Positions 8,568 to 18,742 of a stretch of DNA of 64,000 bases are shown piece by piece. The notes under the pieces are model-generated. The model saw only the letters and a program-made list of their open reading frames with translations. It did no database searches and was not told the origin of the DNA. A program made the position numbers and the translations under genes. This DNA comes from Candidatus Calditenuis fumarioli. GTDB lineage: Archaea > Thermoproteota > Nitrososphaeria_A > Caldarchaeales > Calditenuaceae. Every line of letters starts with the position of its first letter. The first letter of the stretch is position 1. The stretch lies in assembly GCA_030059665.1 (NCBI GenBank), contig JANVYR010000003.1, positions 70,555-134,554 on the forward strand. Reading direction: 5' to 3'.

Positions 8568-8780
8568 TCAGACCGTTGGGGCCCAGGCTCCGCCCGCGAA
8601 CTTGTGCCCGCACTTCCTGCACTGCCATATGCCGACCGCGACCCTCCTCACCGCTACCCTTCCGCACCTGGAGCACTGGTAGGTGGCGTACTGCGTCTTC
8701 TCGAGCTCCTCGACCCTCTTCCTCAGCCTAGCGCCGTACCTCGCGCCGAACCTCTTCGTCGTTCCCTCGCCGGCCCTCAT
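8568..8780 (-). CDS. rpl37ae: 50S ribosomal protein L37Ae (eL43)
   Basis: RFGARYG, C..C zinc ribbon, GIWQCRKCG.KFAGGAW. Confidence 0.95.
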   Translation of the reverse strand: MRAGEGTTKRFGARYGARLRKRVEELEKTQYATYQCSRCGRVAVRRVAVGIWQCRKCGHKFAGGAWAPTV

Positions 8781-9155
8781 CGCCCCATCGGCTCGCATGC
8801 CGGTTGAAAAACCTGTGACCTGCCACAGGAGCGGGTTCCCGCATGAGGTGCTATATTTTGGAGTTTTGTCTTCGATGGCCATCTTCGTGGACGTCGTAGC
8901 CCTGGTCTCGAGCCGCTTCGATCGCAGCAGAGAGGCGGTGAGGTTAAGGCGTTAGCCGTCCTGGAGTGGACGTTTTGCGGGGCCGCATTTTATGTTGCTA
9001 AACTTCTTCACGCTGTATTACCCCACCATCGTCTCGAAGGCGAAGTGCTCGGAGCTGAGGCAAAGGAGCGCCAACTGGAGAAGAGGATATCGAGCTGTAA
9101 GGAATTATGCCGCAAGGCGTCATTGAAGCCCATGCTCCACCACGTGATTGTTGTC

Positions 9156-9240
9156 TGCGGGGGGTGGGATTCGAACCCACGAACCCCTACGGGACAGGGT
9201 CCTAAGCCCTGCGCCTTTGACCTGGCTCGGCCACCCCCGC
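9156..9240 (-). tRNA. tRNA-Leu (anticodon UAG)
   Basis: GCGGGGG/CCCCCGC acceptor stem, CAGGG-CTTAGGA-CCCTG anticodon arm, long variable arm, GTTCGAATC T-loop; CCA not encoded. Confidence 0.95.
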
Positions 9241-9671
9241 CCTCCTGTATCAAGCCTCGTCCTCACTAAAAATCCTCGACGCCCGAGAGGGCCTCCATCA
9301 AGGGGTGCTGGGCTCAGACCCCACTCCTGAGATCACCGGTTCAGTCGCGACGTTCAGTCATCATCGCCCGCATCAGAACGTCTCCCGGGCTCGAAATAAG
9401 AGTAGGTCAAAGGGCCTTATGAGTTGTGAAACGGGTTTGGGTCTAGGTCCTGGGATGATGGGAACGATCGGAGAAGCAAACCAAGAACGTCTCGATTGGA
9501 AGCTGAAGGAGAAGGCCCCTTGAGCTGTACAGAAGACTCGAGAAGATTTCAGAGCTACCGAGGTCACAGGGAACGACAGTAGACTTCCACCAGAAGAGGC
9601 CAGCGATGGATTTCACCCATGGATTCCGACGGTAGCTCAGATCGAAAACGGAGAACTGAGAGCCCAGGTGG

Positions 9672-11054
9672 CTACGCACCGAGCAGCGCGTTGCCGATCA
9701 GCCATAGCAGCGCTACAGCTGAGGTGGGCAGAACCCCTATCAGTATCCCCGGCTTGATCCACTCCTTGAAGGTAATGTGGACGAGCTTCTGGCGCTCTGC
9801 CATTCCAACGGCCACGATGTTCGCGGTGCTCCCTATCAGCGTCAGGTTACCCATGTAGGTCCCTGCCTTGAGCATCGTCCACCAGAGGTACCTCGTGTCG
9901 AGGCCTGCAGCGCCCATCTCCTGCACTACAGGTACCCAGAAGGCAACGGCCAGGACGTTGTCCATGAAGGCCGACATGAGGCCCGTCACGACGTAGAAAG
10001 AGGGGAGCGTAACCACCGGATTGGAGCCGAAGACGCCACCTAAGGCGTCGGCGATGAACTTCGTCACGCCGGTGTAATGCAGGGTTCCCACCGAGGCGAA
10101 GAAGAGCATGAAGAACGTGAGCGTCCACCAGTCAACCCTCTTCTCCACCAGCTCCCTCGCCCTCGGTCCCTCGATGAGCAGGACGACGCCCGCCCCTATC
10201 ATGGCCACGCCGATCAGCATCGTGTTCTTCTTCAATCCCAACAGCGCCTCAATCTGCGCGTGAAGGACGAGTCCCGCTATGACGCCTAGGAAGACGAGCG
10301 CGGCTGTCCTGTCGATCCTCGAACGCTCCTCACCGTCTCGCGCGGCCTCCTCTACGACCTCCCTTTTCATCCCATCGTTCAGCTTGGCGAAGAAGTCCCT
10401 GAAGTACGCCGAGGACGTGAGGACCACCGCAACCGTGGCCAGCGCAGCGGCGGGCGCCGAGTACCTCAGGAAGTCCGAGAAGCCGTAGCCCGAGTTCAGC
10501 GCGATCAGGACGCCGATGGGGTTGCCGACGACGGTGGCGCTGCTTCCGATGTTTGTGGCGAAGACGGTCATCAGCAGCAACGGCGTCAGGGGGAGCTGGA
10601 ACCTGGCCGCGAGCGAGATGCCCGTGGACATCATGAAGAGTATCGAGGTGACCTCATCCACCAGCGCGGCGGATAATGCAGCCATGCCGAGGAAGACGAA
10701 CATCAGCCTGAGCGCGCTGCCCCTTCCTATTCCCAGCACCCTGTCCACCACCACCTCGAAGAACCTCCGCTCCTCGAGGAACCCTATCACGATCATCATG
10801 CAGATCAGGAAGACGATCACGTCCAGCGAGGAGAACTCGATGAAGGTCGGAACGTCGATGAGCCTTGCGGCCATCAGCATCGAGACGCCGACGAGCGCGA
10901 AGGCGAGCCTGAAGCGCCAGAAGAGGAGTGTGCCGCCGATGATGCCGGTGAAGACGCCGACCGCTACCGACTGCTGCGGGCTCAGCCCGGCCGCCAGCGA
11001 TAACGCCAGGCTCCCGACCGGTATGATTGGGTAAGCGAGGGCTTTGCGGTCCAC
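9672..11054 (-). CDS. ArsB/NhaD (IT superfamily) ion transporter
   Basis: SALVDEVTSIL, TNIGSSATVVGNP, SAFMDNV, GNLTLIGSTANIVA motifs; many TM helices. Confidence 0.85.
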   Translation of the reverse strand: MDRKALAYPIIPVGSLALSLAAGLSPQQSVAVGVFTGIIGGTLLFWRFRLAFALVGVSMLMAARLIDVPTFIEFSSLDVIVFLICMMIVIGFLEERRFFEVVVDRVLGIGRGSALRLMFVFLGMAALSAALVDEVTSILFMMSTGISLAARFQLPLTPLLLMTVFATNIGSSATVVGNPIGVLIALNSGYGFSDFLRYSAPAAALATVAVVLTSSAYFRDFFAKLNDGMKREVVEEAARDGEERSRIDRTAALVFLGVIAGLVLHAQIEALLGLKKNTMLIGVAMIGAGVVLLIEGPRARELVEKRVDWWTLTFFMLFFASVGTLHYTGVTKFIADALGGVFGSNPVVTLPSFYVVTGLMSAFMDNVLAVAFWVPVVQEMGAAGLDTRYLWWTMLKAGTYMGNLTLIGSTANIVAVGMAERQKLVHITFKEWIKPGILIGVLPTSAVALLWLIGNALLGA

Positions 11055-11120
11055 ACTCTATCACCCGCTTTGCTCCTGCAACAGGTCCGGGAGTAAAAAA
11101 CGTTGTATCGCTGTGCGAGG

Positions 11121-13697
11121 TCACGTGAAGAACTGCTCGAGGCTCCCGACACCGATCACTGCGTCGAAGTCGAGGTCGAGGCTGTCGAGGACCTGCTCGA
11201 ATGTCGAGCGCATGTACTCGATGTACTTGTCGACGTCGATCCTGTCCTTGCTCACCCTGACCTTGGGATGGAGCGGCGCTACGCCGATCTTGTCGTTGGT
11301 CCTGACGTACCTGATGATGTCGCCCGAGGTCACGTGGACCCCGTGCTGCTTCAGGATGTTGGCGGCCTTTACGTGCGGAGGGGTCGTCTCGGTGTAGCTC
11401 TCGGGCTGCTTGGAGAGCATCACGGCGAACGCCAGCTCCTCCAGCTCGAACTCCCTGTTCTTCAGCCTCCTGTACCAGCCCCTGATCAGCTCGGAGATGT
11501 GCTTTTTCGCCCGCTCGAGGTCCTCTGGGCTCCTGACCTTCTTCAGCTCCTCCAGCATCGAGTTGAACGCCTCCCTGATGAACTCGGGGATGTGGCGCTT
11601 CTTTCCCGTGAGGCCCTTGACGTCCACCACACCCTTTGTGGTCAGGCCGAGGTAGTTCTTCTTCCGGGAGGAGAAGACGACGTAGACGTACTCCTTGTCC
11701 GGCTCCAGGTCGAGACCAAGGTCGGTGGCGGCCCATCTGATCAGCTCGGAGAGGACTTTCTCGTCTGCGCCCTTGAGGAAGAGCGAGTCGGTGTCGCCGT
11801 ATACGACGGTCGCTCCCAGCTCCCGGACCTTCTCGATCGCCGCCTTGAAGACGTAGCGCCCTATGGCAGCCGTGCTCTCGGCGAGGGGAGGGCAGTAAAG
11901 CGGGAACTCCTCGAAGCCGAAGACCCCGTAGGACGCGTTCAGGAAGACCTTGATGGCCTTCTGGACCACGTCGTACCAGGCCCTGAGGTCCTCCGGGAGG
12001 GACCGGTCTGAGCTCCTCGGTTTGTACAGACCGACCCTGACGGCCCTCAGCGCTCCTATCACGGCGCTCTGGAGGCCCCTGTTCCTCTTGCAGACCCAGT
12101 GGGTCGTCTCGGGGACCACGTTGCTCTTGCACTCCTCATGCGGGCACCTTATGGTCTCGTAGCTGAGGTTCCACCTGTCCAGGGCCGACGGGTACAGCGA
12201 GGCGAAGTCCACGACCTTAACGTCGAAGTGGATGCCCGGTATGGGGTCGACCACGATGGCTCCGCGGTACTTCTTCCCCTCTATCACGGCCTTCGTGACG
12301 GTCCCGCCCTTCACCTCGACGATCTCCTGCTGCGTCGGGATCAGCCACCCCCTCTTCCTGTGCTCGAAGTAGAGCAGGTTCTTGATCCAGCCGGAGACCC
12401 CGTGACGGCACAGGTCCTCGAGCGGAAGCCTGCTGATCCGTGAGAGCACGATCATTAACCTCAGCACAAGCCTGTTGTTGAAGGTCAGTAGCTCGTAGGT
12501 GAGCTCTGCGTCGTTCATGCAGTACTCCGCAAGCCTCTCCAGCGAGAGCGAACCTATCGGCTCCTCGATCTGGACCTTGCCCCTGTTCAGCACGGCCTGC
12601 GCGATGCCGTCAAGCGTGAACTCCCTGTACCTGTTGTCGAAGGCGTAAATCTGGATGGACTTGTTCGAGAAGAACGAGTAGAGGTCGACGTGGGCTGCCC
12701 TGACGAAGGTTGCCCCCTCCCTCCCCAAAACTATCGGGTTCTGGTCGTCAGGTATGCCGAGCCTCTTCGCGCGGTTGTGCAGGTACGGCAGGTCGAAGTC
12801 GTCACCGTTGAAGGTGGCCACGACCGCATACTCTCCGTCGAGGACCGCGAAGACCTCCTCGAGCATCTCCTTCTCGGAGCTGTGGACGATCATCCTGTAG
12901 CCGTCCTTCTCCCGCTCGGTCCGCTCGGTCTGGCCGTTGTTGGCGAGGAGGTGGATGTCCCTCCGTCCGTCGGAGCCCCTGACGGCTATCGCCACCACCT
13001 TGTCCTCCGCCTTGCTCGGGCTCGGGACCCTCGTGGCAACCGGTGCGGCCACCTCGATGTCGATCGCGCAGACCGGCAGGTCGGGCTGCTCCGCCTCCAG
13101 CAGCTTGATCCACTCGGCCACCAGCTCGACGTCCTCTCGCCTGACGCCCTTCAGGCCCGAAGCTATCCTGATCGCCTCCTCATCGCTCAGGACCCTGAGA
13201 ACCAATCTGCCGTCATCGCCCTTGACGTATGGAGACCCGGTTATCAGACCCGAGTCGATCAGGTAGTTCAGGTGGTACGGTATGTCTGCCTCCCAGCACC
13301 GGAACCTCTCCCGGACCGAGTTGGCCCTTCCACCGATCGTCAGGGGGTCCTTCGCGATCACCTTGGTCACCTCAACCTCCCTCTGCCTCAGCGCGTCGAA
13401 CTTCCTCACCCGCTCGACGCCCGCTATTCGGTCGGCGATGTCCCTCAGCTGGTACCTCACCGTCTCCTCGTCGAGGTCCGTGAAGCAGTAGGGAAGGTGG
13501 CCCGTCTCGTCGTAGAGGAGCTCGACCTTCCTGGTCCTGGTGTTGAAGAGCTTCAGGTAGGCCTTCCCGCTTTTGCCGTCGTAACCGGCCGAGAGCAGGT
13601 AGTAGACCTCGGATTCGGCGCTGCCCTCCGAACGCCCCGAGGAGGCCTGCCGCTGGTTCCCCTCAACCCCGAGCGCCTGGAAGAGCGTCAGCTGCAT
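11121..13697 (-). CDS. polB1: Family B DNA polymerase, PolB1 type
   Basis: ExoI DIE, ExoII FNGDDFD, DFASLYPS, KVFLNASYG, YGDTDSLF; no intein seen. Confidence 0.95.
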   Translation of the reverse strand: MQLTLFQALGVEGNQRQASSGRSEGSAESEVYYLLSAGYDGKSGKAYLKLFNTRTRKVELLYDETGHLPYCFTDLDEETVRYQLRDIADRIAGVERVRKFDALRQREVEVTKVIAKDPLTIGGRANSVRERFRCWEADIPYHLNYLIDSGLITGSPYVKGDDGRLVLRVLSDEEAIRIASGLKGVRREDVELVAEWIKLLEAEQPDLPVCAIDIEVAAPVATRVPSPSKAEDKVVAIAVRGSDGRRDIHLLANNGQTERTEREKDGYRMIVHSSEKEMLEEVFAVLDGEYAVVATFNGDDFDLPYLHNRAKRLGIPDDQNPIVLGREGATFVRAAHVDLYSFFSNKSIQIYAFDNRYREFTLDGIAQAVLNRGKVQIEEPIGSLSLERLAEYCMNDAELTYELLTFNNRLVLRLMIVLSRISRLPLEDLCRHGVSGWIKNLLYFEHRKRGWLIPTQQEIVEVKGGTVTKAVIEGKKYRGAIVVDPIPGIHFDVKVVDFASLYPSALDRWNLSYETIRCPHEECKSNVVPETTHWVCKRNRGLQSAVIGALRAVRVGLYKPRSSDRSLPEDLRAWYDVVQKAIKVFLNASYGVFGFEEFPLYCPPLAESTAAIGRYVFKAAIEKVRELGATVVYGDTDSLFLKGADEKVLSELIRWAATDLGLDLEPDKEYVYVVFSSRKKNYLGLTTKGVVDVKGLTGKKRHIPEFIREAFNSMLEELKKVRSPEDLERAKKHISELIRGWYRRLKNREFELEELAFAVMLSKQPESYTETTPPHVKAANILKQHGVHVTSGDIIRYVRTNDKIGVAPLHPKVRVSKDRIDVDKYIEYMRSTFEQVLDSLDLDFDAVIGVGSLEQFFT

Positions 13698-13812
13698 CCG
13701 ACGATACGGTGCCCTCAGCCTGTAAAAGGTTATCGGGGCGATGCGGGCGTGGACGTACCGTAGCGGTACGCCCCTGCATGGATTTTATAAAACGCGGTGG
13801 TGGGAGGGAAGG

Positions 13813-16071
13813 ATGTCAGACCGGGGGGCCCTCGCGCTCATCCTAATCTCAGGCCTTGCGGTGAGGTTGGCGGTCGCGCCCTTCACGGGCCACTCGTGGG
13901 ACGTCTACGTCTGGATCAAGTCGGCCGAGCTCTTCAACGCCGGTTTCTGGAACGTCTACCGGGTCTCGGAGGTCCCATCGTTCCCCTGGGGGTTCTACAG
14001 CTACCCGCCAGTTTGGCTTCTCATCACCTCGGCCGCCTACGCCCTTGCCGGAGGAACGTCAGGTGGGCTCGAGAGGCTCGTCCTCGCGATCAAGCTGCCG
14101 ATCGTCATCGCCGACGTCCTCGTGGCCCTCTGGGTCTACCGGATCGCTGGGCTCGTTGGCGTCAGAGGAAGGAGAAGGACGCTCGCATGCGCAGCCTACG
14201 CCCTCAACCCGCTTCCCGTCTTCATCTCGGGCGTCTGGGGGATGTTCGACCCGATTGCGACGCTTTTCGGGCTGGTGGGGATCGAGCTCCTGATCAGGCG
14301 TCACCCCCTCGCTGCAGGGGTCTCGGTGGGCGCAGGCGCAGCCACCAAGCTCTTCCCTGGACTGATCGTCCCGCTCGGTTTGCTCTGGATCAGAAAGACC
14401 TCCGGAGGTTCGTGGAGACGGGACGCCCTGAGGTTACTCGCTGGCTCGGTCACGGTTCCACTTGCCGTCTCGCTGCCGTACCTGCTGGTCGACCCGCAGG
14501 CGTACCTGGAGAAGCTGTTCCTTCACACCAGGAACGTCGGGCAGTTCACCTACTGGACGCTGCTGACCCCGCTAACGGGGACCACCGCGGCATCGATCGC
14601 GTCCCTCTCCCTCTTCGCCGCGGCATACGCGCTCCTGCTCAGGAGGTTCTCGAGAGAGGAGGGGAGCGATCACGAGACGCTGGTGTACTACTCCGCGGCC
14701 GTGACCGGTGCGTTCCTCGCTACCTCGCTGAAGGTGAACGTCCAGTACCTGCTCTGGTTCCTGCCGCTGGTGATCCCAGTAATAGCGCTGCAGAGGAGGA
14801 GCTCCTGGAGGGAGCTAGCTACCGCGGTCGTAGCGCTCGAGGGAGCTGCGATGCTCTTCCTCGTTTACACCAACGCGGTCACGCCTTTCTCGCTTGACCA
14901 CCTAGGAGCAGTGGCACCACCGGCGGTGAGGGAGGAGTCGGCAACGGGGCTCTTGCTGGTCGCCTCGTCGCTGATCGCGGGCTGGCAGCTGCTCCGCATC
15001 GGGATCGCCCTCATCAAACCGGGCCTCGACAGAGAGCTGATAGGGCGTTTCGGGGTCTCCTCGATACTTCTGCTGCTGGCGACGTCGCTGGTCGTGATGC
15101 CCACGCCGAACGGCGTCGTCCTGAGGTGCGGAAACGAGAGGATCGCGGTCCTGGAGGGCCCTGACTCGTTGCTCAACCCCGACGGAACCCTCGAAGCCCC
15201 ACTGCTCAGGCGTCTCGGGTCGCCCACGTCGGTCGTCATACCCCTCAGCCTGGATTACTTCCTCCTGAGGAGGGAAAGGGAGCGGGTCGAGGTCAACGAG
15301 TTCCTGCTCTTCAGGCTCGGCAGCAGGCCATGGTCCTCCGATGACCTGAGGGAGACGGCGGAATCGCTCAGGAGGATGGGCATCAGGCCTCTGGTGGGGG
15401 TCTTCGCCTACAAGGGTGAGGTCCTGATATCGTACGGGGTTCAGGGCTTCAGCACCGAGCTCCTCGAGTCCGAGTTCCCGGAGGCGCTGTATGGCGATGT
15501 CGTGGACTTCAGCAGAGAGGTTGGGTCGGGCGTGAGGCTGGCGGACCTCGTGGCGGAAGGCGTAGCGCGGGCGGTCAGGGAGGACGGCTTCGAAGGCGTT
15601 TACGTGATGACCGAGCTCTACCGGAGCGACAGGAGGGTCCGGAGCAACCCGAGCGTGGTGGAGCTCCTCGCCGCGATCAGGGAGAGGCTGGGAAACGGCA
15701 AGACGCTGATCCTGGACGGCGTCGACGCCTTCGAGCTCGACGAGCGGCTGCTGGCAGGGGCCGTCAGGTACGCGGACCTCGTGGTCCTGAGGACTTCGCC
15801 CTGGTTCAGGAGCTTCAGGAGCTACCGGGTGGACAATCCTGACATCCAGCAGATCTACGAGAGGGTGAGCTCGATCGTCAACATCGTCGGGAAGGAGAAG
15901 CTCGCCTACGCGCTCTACATCGGCAGCTTCTCTGAGGGCTGGGTCGTCCCGGCAGTTCAGGTCCAGACGGAGACGGACGCTATGGGCAGGGCCCTCGACT
16001 CGTGCTCGCTGGTCTACGTGGGAAGGTTCGTCCCGTACCGCCTCTCGGCACCCGCGGCTCCACCGACTTAG
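13813..16071 (+). CDS. GT-C (GT87/PIG-M-like) membrane glycosyltransferase fused to a C-terminal soluble (TIM-barrel-like) domain
   Basis: GHSWDV, YPP, LNPLPVFISGVWGMFD in a multi-TM N-terminal half; C-terminal DGFEGVYVMTE. Confidence 0.7.
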   Translation: MSDRGALALILISGLAVRLAVAPFTGHSWDVYVWIKSAELFNAGFWNVYRVSEVPSFPWGFYSYPPVWLLITSAAYALAGGTSGGLERLVLAIKLPIVIADVLVALWVYRIAGLVGVRGRRRTLACAAYALNPLPVFISGVWGMFDPIATLFGLVGIELLIRRHPLAAGVSVGAGAATKLFPGLIVPLGLLWIRKTSGGSWRRDALRLLAGSVTVPLAVSLPYLLVDPQAYLEKLFLHTRNVGQFTYWTLLTPLTGTTAASIASLSLFAAAYALLLRRFSREEGSDHETLVYYSAAVTGAFLATSLKVNVQYLLWFLPLVIPVIALQRRSSWRELATAVVALEGAAMLFLVYTNAVTPFSLDHLGAVAPPAVREESATGLLLVASSLIAGWQLLRIGIALIKPGLDRELIGRFGVSSILLLLATSLVVMPTPNGVVLRCGNERIAVLEGPDSLLNPDGTLEAPLLRRLGSPTSVVIPLSLDYFLLRRERERVEVNEFLLFRLGSRPWSSDDLRETAESLRRMGIRPLVGVFAYKGEVLISYGVQGFSTELLESEFPEALYGDVVDFSREVGSGVRLADLVAEGVARAVREDGFEGVYVMTELYRSDRRVRSNPSVVELLAAIRERLGNGKTLILDGVDAFELDERLLAGAVRYADLVVLRTSPWFRSFRSYRVDNPDIQQIYERVSSIVNIVGKEKLAYALYIGSFSEGWVVPAVQVQTETDAMGRALDSCSLVYVGRFVPYRLSAPAAPPT

Positions 16072-16104
16072 CGCGCGGTTGGTTTTAATAACGACCGACG
16101 GGCA

Positions 16105-16737
16105 GTGAGCGGGGAACCGGCGATGCTGGAGACCTGGCAGCCGAGAACGAAGGTGGGCCAGCTGGTGAAGTCGGGCAAAATCAACTCGATCGAGGAGCTC
16201 TTCTCCAACCAGTACAGGATCACCGAGCCGGAGATCGTCGACTACCTCATCCCCAACATCGAGCAGGAGGTGATAGACATCCAGATAGTCCAGCGCCAGA
16301 CCGATGCGGGCGAGCGCTCCAGCTACCGTGCCATCGTTGCGGTTGGGAACAGGGACGGATGCGTGGGGCTCGGAGTGGGGAAGTCGACCCAGGTCGTGAT
16401 GGCGATCGAGAAGGCCGCGATGAAGGCGAAGATGAACCTGACCTACGTGGTGAGGGGCTGCGGGAGCTGGGAGTGCGCGTGCGGTGAGCCCCACAGCCTC
16501 CTCTACCGCACCGTCGGGAAGTACGGGAGCGTCCGCATCGAGATCCTTCCGGGGCCCAGAGGGCTCGGGCTGGTGGCCGGAGACGTGGCCAAGACGATAC
16601 TGCGCCTCGCGGGCATAAGCGACTGCTGGACCAGGACCTTCGGCGAGACCAGGACTCCTCTCAGCATGTCAGGGGCGACCTACATGGCCCTGAAGAACAC
16701 GCTCAAGTTCGTAATCCCGGCCCAGTGGAGGACGTGA
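16105..16737 (+). CDS. rps5: 30S ribosomal protein S5 (uS5)
   Basis: WQPRTKVG, QRQTDAGER, RGCGSWEC.CGEPHS, GPRGLGLVAG. Confidence 0.95.
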   Translation: MSGEPAMLETWQPRTKVGQLVKSGKINSIEELFSNQYRITEPEIVDYLIPNIEQEVIDIQIVQRQTDAGERSSYRAIVAVGNRDGCVGLGVGKSTQVVMAIEKAAMKAKMNLTYVVRGCGSWECACGEPHSLLYRTVGKYGSVRIEILPGPRGLGLVAGDVAKTILRLAGISDCWTRTFGETRTPLSMSGATYMALKNTLKFVIPAQWRT

Positions 16738-16747
16738 GGTGGGTGGG

Positions 16748-17227
16748 ATGTCCGAGGAGCCCAGGTGCCTGCTCGTGGTGAGGCTCAGGGGTCCGTCGGG
16801 GACGAGCGAGGAGATCGAGTACTCCCTCAGGCTCATCCGGCTGAAGCGCAGCAACTGGGCCACGCTGGTGAGGAACGAACCATCGCAGTTGGGCCTGCTG
16901 CGGAAGGTGGCTCCCTACGTCACCTGGGGTGAGCCCGACCCGAAGGTCCTCGCGGCCGTCTTGGAGAAGAGGGCGGAGACCTGGAACGGCGTCCCGAAGG
17001 AGAAGGCGTATGAGGAGCTGGGGTGCAGGGACGCGCTGGAGCTCGCCACGAAGGTCTGCAGCGGCGAGATCGACCTCAAGGCACTGTGGTTCCGCTTCAA
17101 GCCCTACTTCAGGCTCCACCCGCCGAAGGGAGGGCTGAAGAGGAGCATCAAGAGGTTCTACGGCGACAAGGGAGAGGCCGGGTACAGGGGACCGGCCATC
17201 AACGACCTCGTGATCAGGATGGTCTGA
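16748..17227 (+). CDS. rpl30p: 50S ribosomal protein L30P (uL30)
   Basis: VVRLRG, YVTWGEP, FRLHPPKGG, GEAGYRG..INDLV.RM. Confidence 0.95.
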   Translation: MSEEPRCLLVVRLRGPSGTSEEIEYSLRLIRLKRSNWATLVRNEPSQLGLLRKVAPYVTWGEPDPKVLAAVLEKRAETWNGVPKEKAYEELGCRDALELATKVCSGEIDLKALWFRFKPYFRLHPPKGGLKRSIKRFYGDKGEAGYRGPAINDLVIRMV

Positions 17228-17281
17228 GACCCACAACCCAACGGAGCAAGCTTATCACCGCCGCAAGCGTAGGACTTCCTG

Positions 17282-18244
17282 ATGGCGGAGGACAGGCTCC
17301 TGGTCGCGTTCGGTGACGAGCTGTTCAGCTACGACTTCGGGCCCTACCATCCCTTGAACAGGTCGAGGACCGAGCTCTTCGTGAGGAGGTTGATGGAGCT
17401 GAAGGAGAGGGCGCCCGAGAAGATCGAGCTGGTGGAGCCCGCGATGGCCACCGAGGACGAGTTAACGCTCTTCCACACCAGGGAGTACGTCGAGTTCGTC
17501 AAGCTGGCCTGCTCTCCCGGATCCAAGGTCAGGTACCTCGACTACGGCGACACGCCCGCGTACCCCAACTGCTTCACGAGGGCGTCGGTTGTGGTGGGGA
17601 CGACGCTGAAGCTCCTCAGGGAGATCGCGTCTGGTAGGGCGAGGAGGGCCTTCAACCCGGTCGGTGGCCTCCACCACGCCAGGAGGGGGGCTGCTGGAGG
17701 GTTCTGCATCTTCAACGACGCCGCGATCGCGATCGAGTACGCATTGAAGGTCCTCGGCTACAGGGCTGTGGCTTACGTCGACATCGACGCCCACCACGGC
17801 GACGGCGTCTACTACGACTTCGAGGAGAACCCGAGGGTCGTCTTCTTCGACATACACCAGGACGGCCGGACCCTCTATCCCGGAACCGGACACGAGTACG
17901 AGAGGGGGAAGGGGGAGGCGTTAGGACGGAAGATGAACGCACCGCTCCCTCCCTACAGCGGCGACGAGGAGTTCCTCAGAGCGCTGGAGAAGGGGATGAG
18001 GTTCCTCGAGCAGTTCGAGTTCGACATAGTGCTCTTCCAGGCTGGAGCCGACGGCCTCGCCGGAGACCCGCTCACGAATCTGATGTACACCCGCAGGGCC
18101 CACGAGAGCGCCGCGAAGGCGCTCCTTGAGCTGGCCGAGAGGAAGTGCAACGGAAGGATCCTGGCCTTCGGCGGAGGCGGGTACAACCCGGTCAACGTGG
18201 GCGAGGCGTGGAGCGCGGTGGTGGAGGTCCTCGCGGGGATCTGA
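17282..18244 (+). CDS. Histone deacetylase/AcuC-family Zn-dependent deacetylase
   Basis: HPL...R, GGLHHA, GFCIFND, DIDAHHGDG, GADG..DPL, GGGGY. Confidence 0.9.
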   Translation: MAEDRLLVAFGDELFSYDFGPYHPLNRSRTELFVRRLMELKERAPEKIELVEPAMATEDELTLFHTREYVEFVKLACSPGSKVRYLDYGDTPAYPNCFTRASVVVGTTLKLLREIASGRARRAFNPVGGLHHARRGAAGGFCIFNDAAIAIEYALKVLGYRAVAYVDIDAHHGDGVYYDFEENPRVVFFDIHQDGRTLYPGTGHEYERGKGEALGRKMNAPLPPYSGDEEFLRALEKGMRFLEQFEFDIVLFQAGADGLAGDPLTNLMYTRRAHESAAKALLELAERKCNGRILAFGGGGYNPVNVGEAWSAVVEVLAGI

Positions 18245-18316
18245 GAACGGAGACGGATCGAGGCTTGCAACGTGGAGTCGAAAGCCTTATCGGTCCCCCA
18301 TCACCGTAAGGTGCGG

Positions 18317-18736
18317 ATGGCATCTGGGGTGAACCCGCGCGTCATCAGGGTCACGATATTCGACGTCTACCCTACGCAGCTCGGCCATTGCCCGCACTAC
18401 AACCTGGTCTCCTCGCAGATGATGACGGCCGGGTCGGAGTTCTGCGAGCTCTCCTCACAGGCGGTCGAATACCCCGAGGAGGTGATAGGGAGCCACGGCA
18501 GGGCCGTCCGGATCCTCGAGGCGATAAGGAGGGAGGTCGGCGGTGAGCCGGTAAGGGTCGAGGTCGAGATGGTCGAGCTCCTCTCGCCGCGCGGCTTCAT
18601 CTCCTCGCTCAGGTACGGGATAAGGTCGAACTTCGCGGTCGTGATCAACGGCAGGAAGGTGTACGATGGGAGGCCCGAGGAGGGCGTGGTAGAGGAGCGC
18701 GTCGCCGCTCACGTGAGGGAGCTCCTGCGGACCTGA
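18317..18736 (+). CDS. Hypothetical protein (possible thioredoxin-like fold)
   Basis: Host-like coding pattern; C-terminal 'AVVINGRKVYDGRP' resembles the thioredoxin-fold end; start uncertain. Confidence 0.5.
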   Translation: MASGVNPRVIRVTIFDVYPTQLGHCPHYNLVSSQMMTAGSEFCELSSQAVEYPEEVIGSHGRAVRILEAIRREVGGEPVRVEVEMVELLSPRGFISSLRYGIRSNFAVVINGRKVYDGRPEEGVVEERVAAHVRELLRT

Positions 18737-18742
18737 GTCAAG

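Noticed and set aside
8882-9670. Possible integrated element or gene remnant around tRNA-Leu
   Set aside because: No integrase, no duplicated tRNA 3' end (att site) found in the window, and the short ORFs lack recognisable motifs
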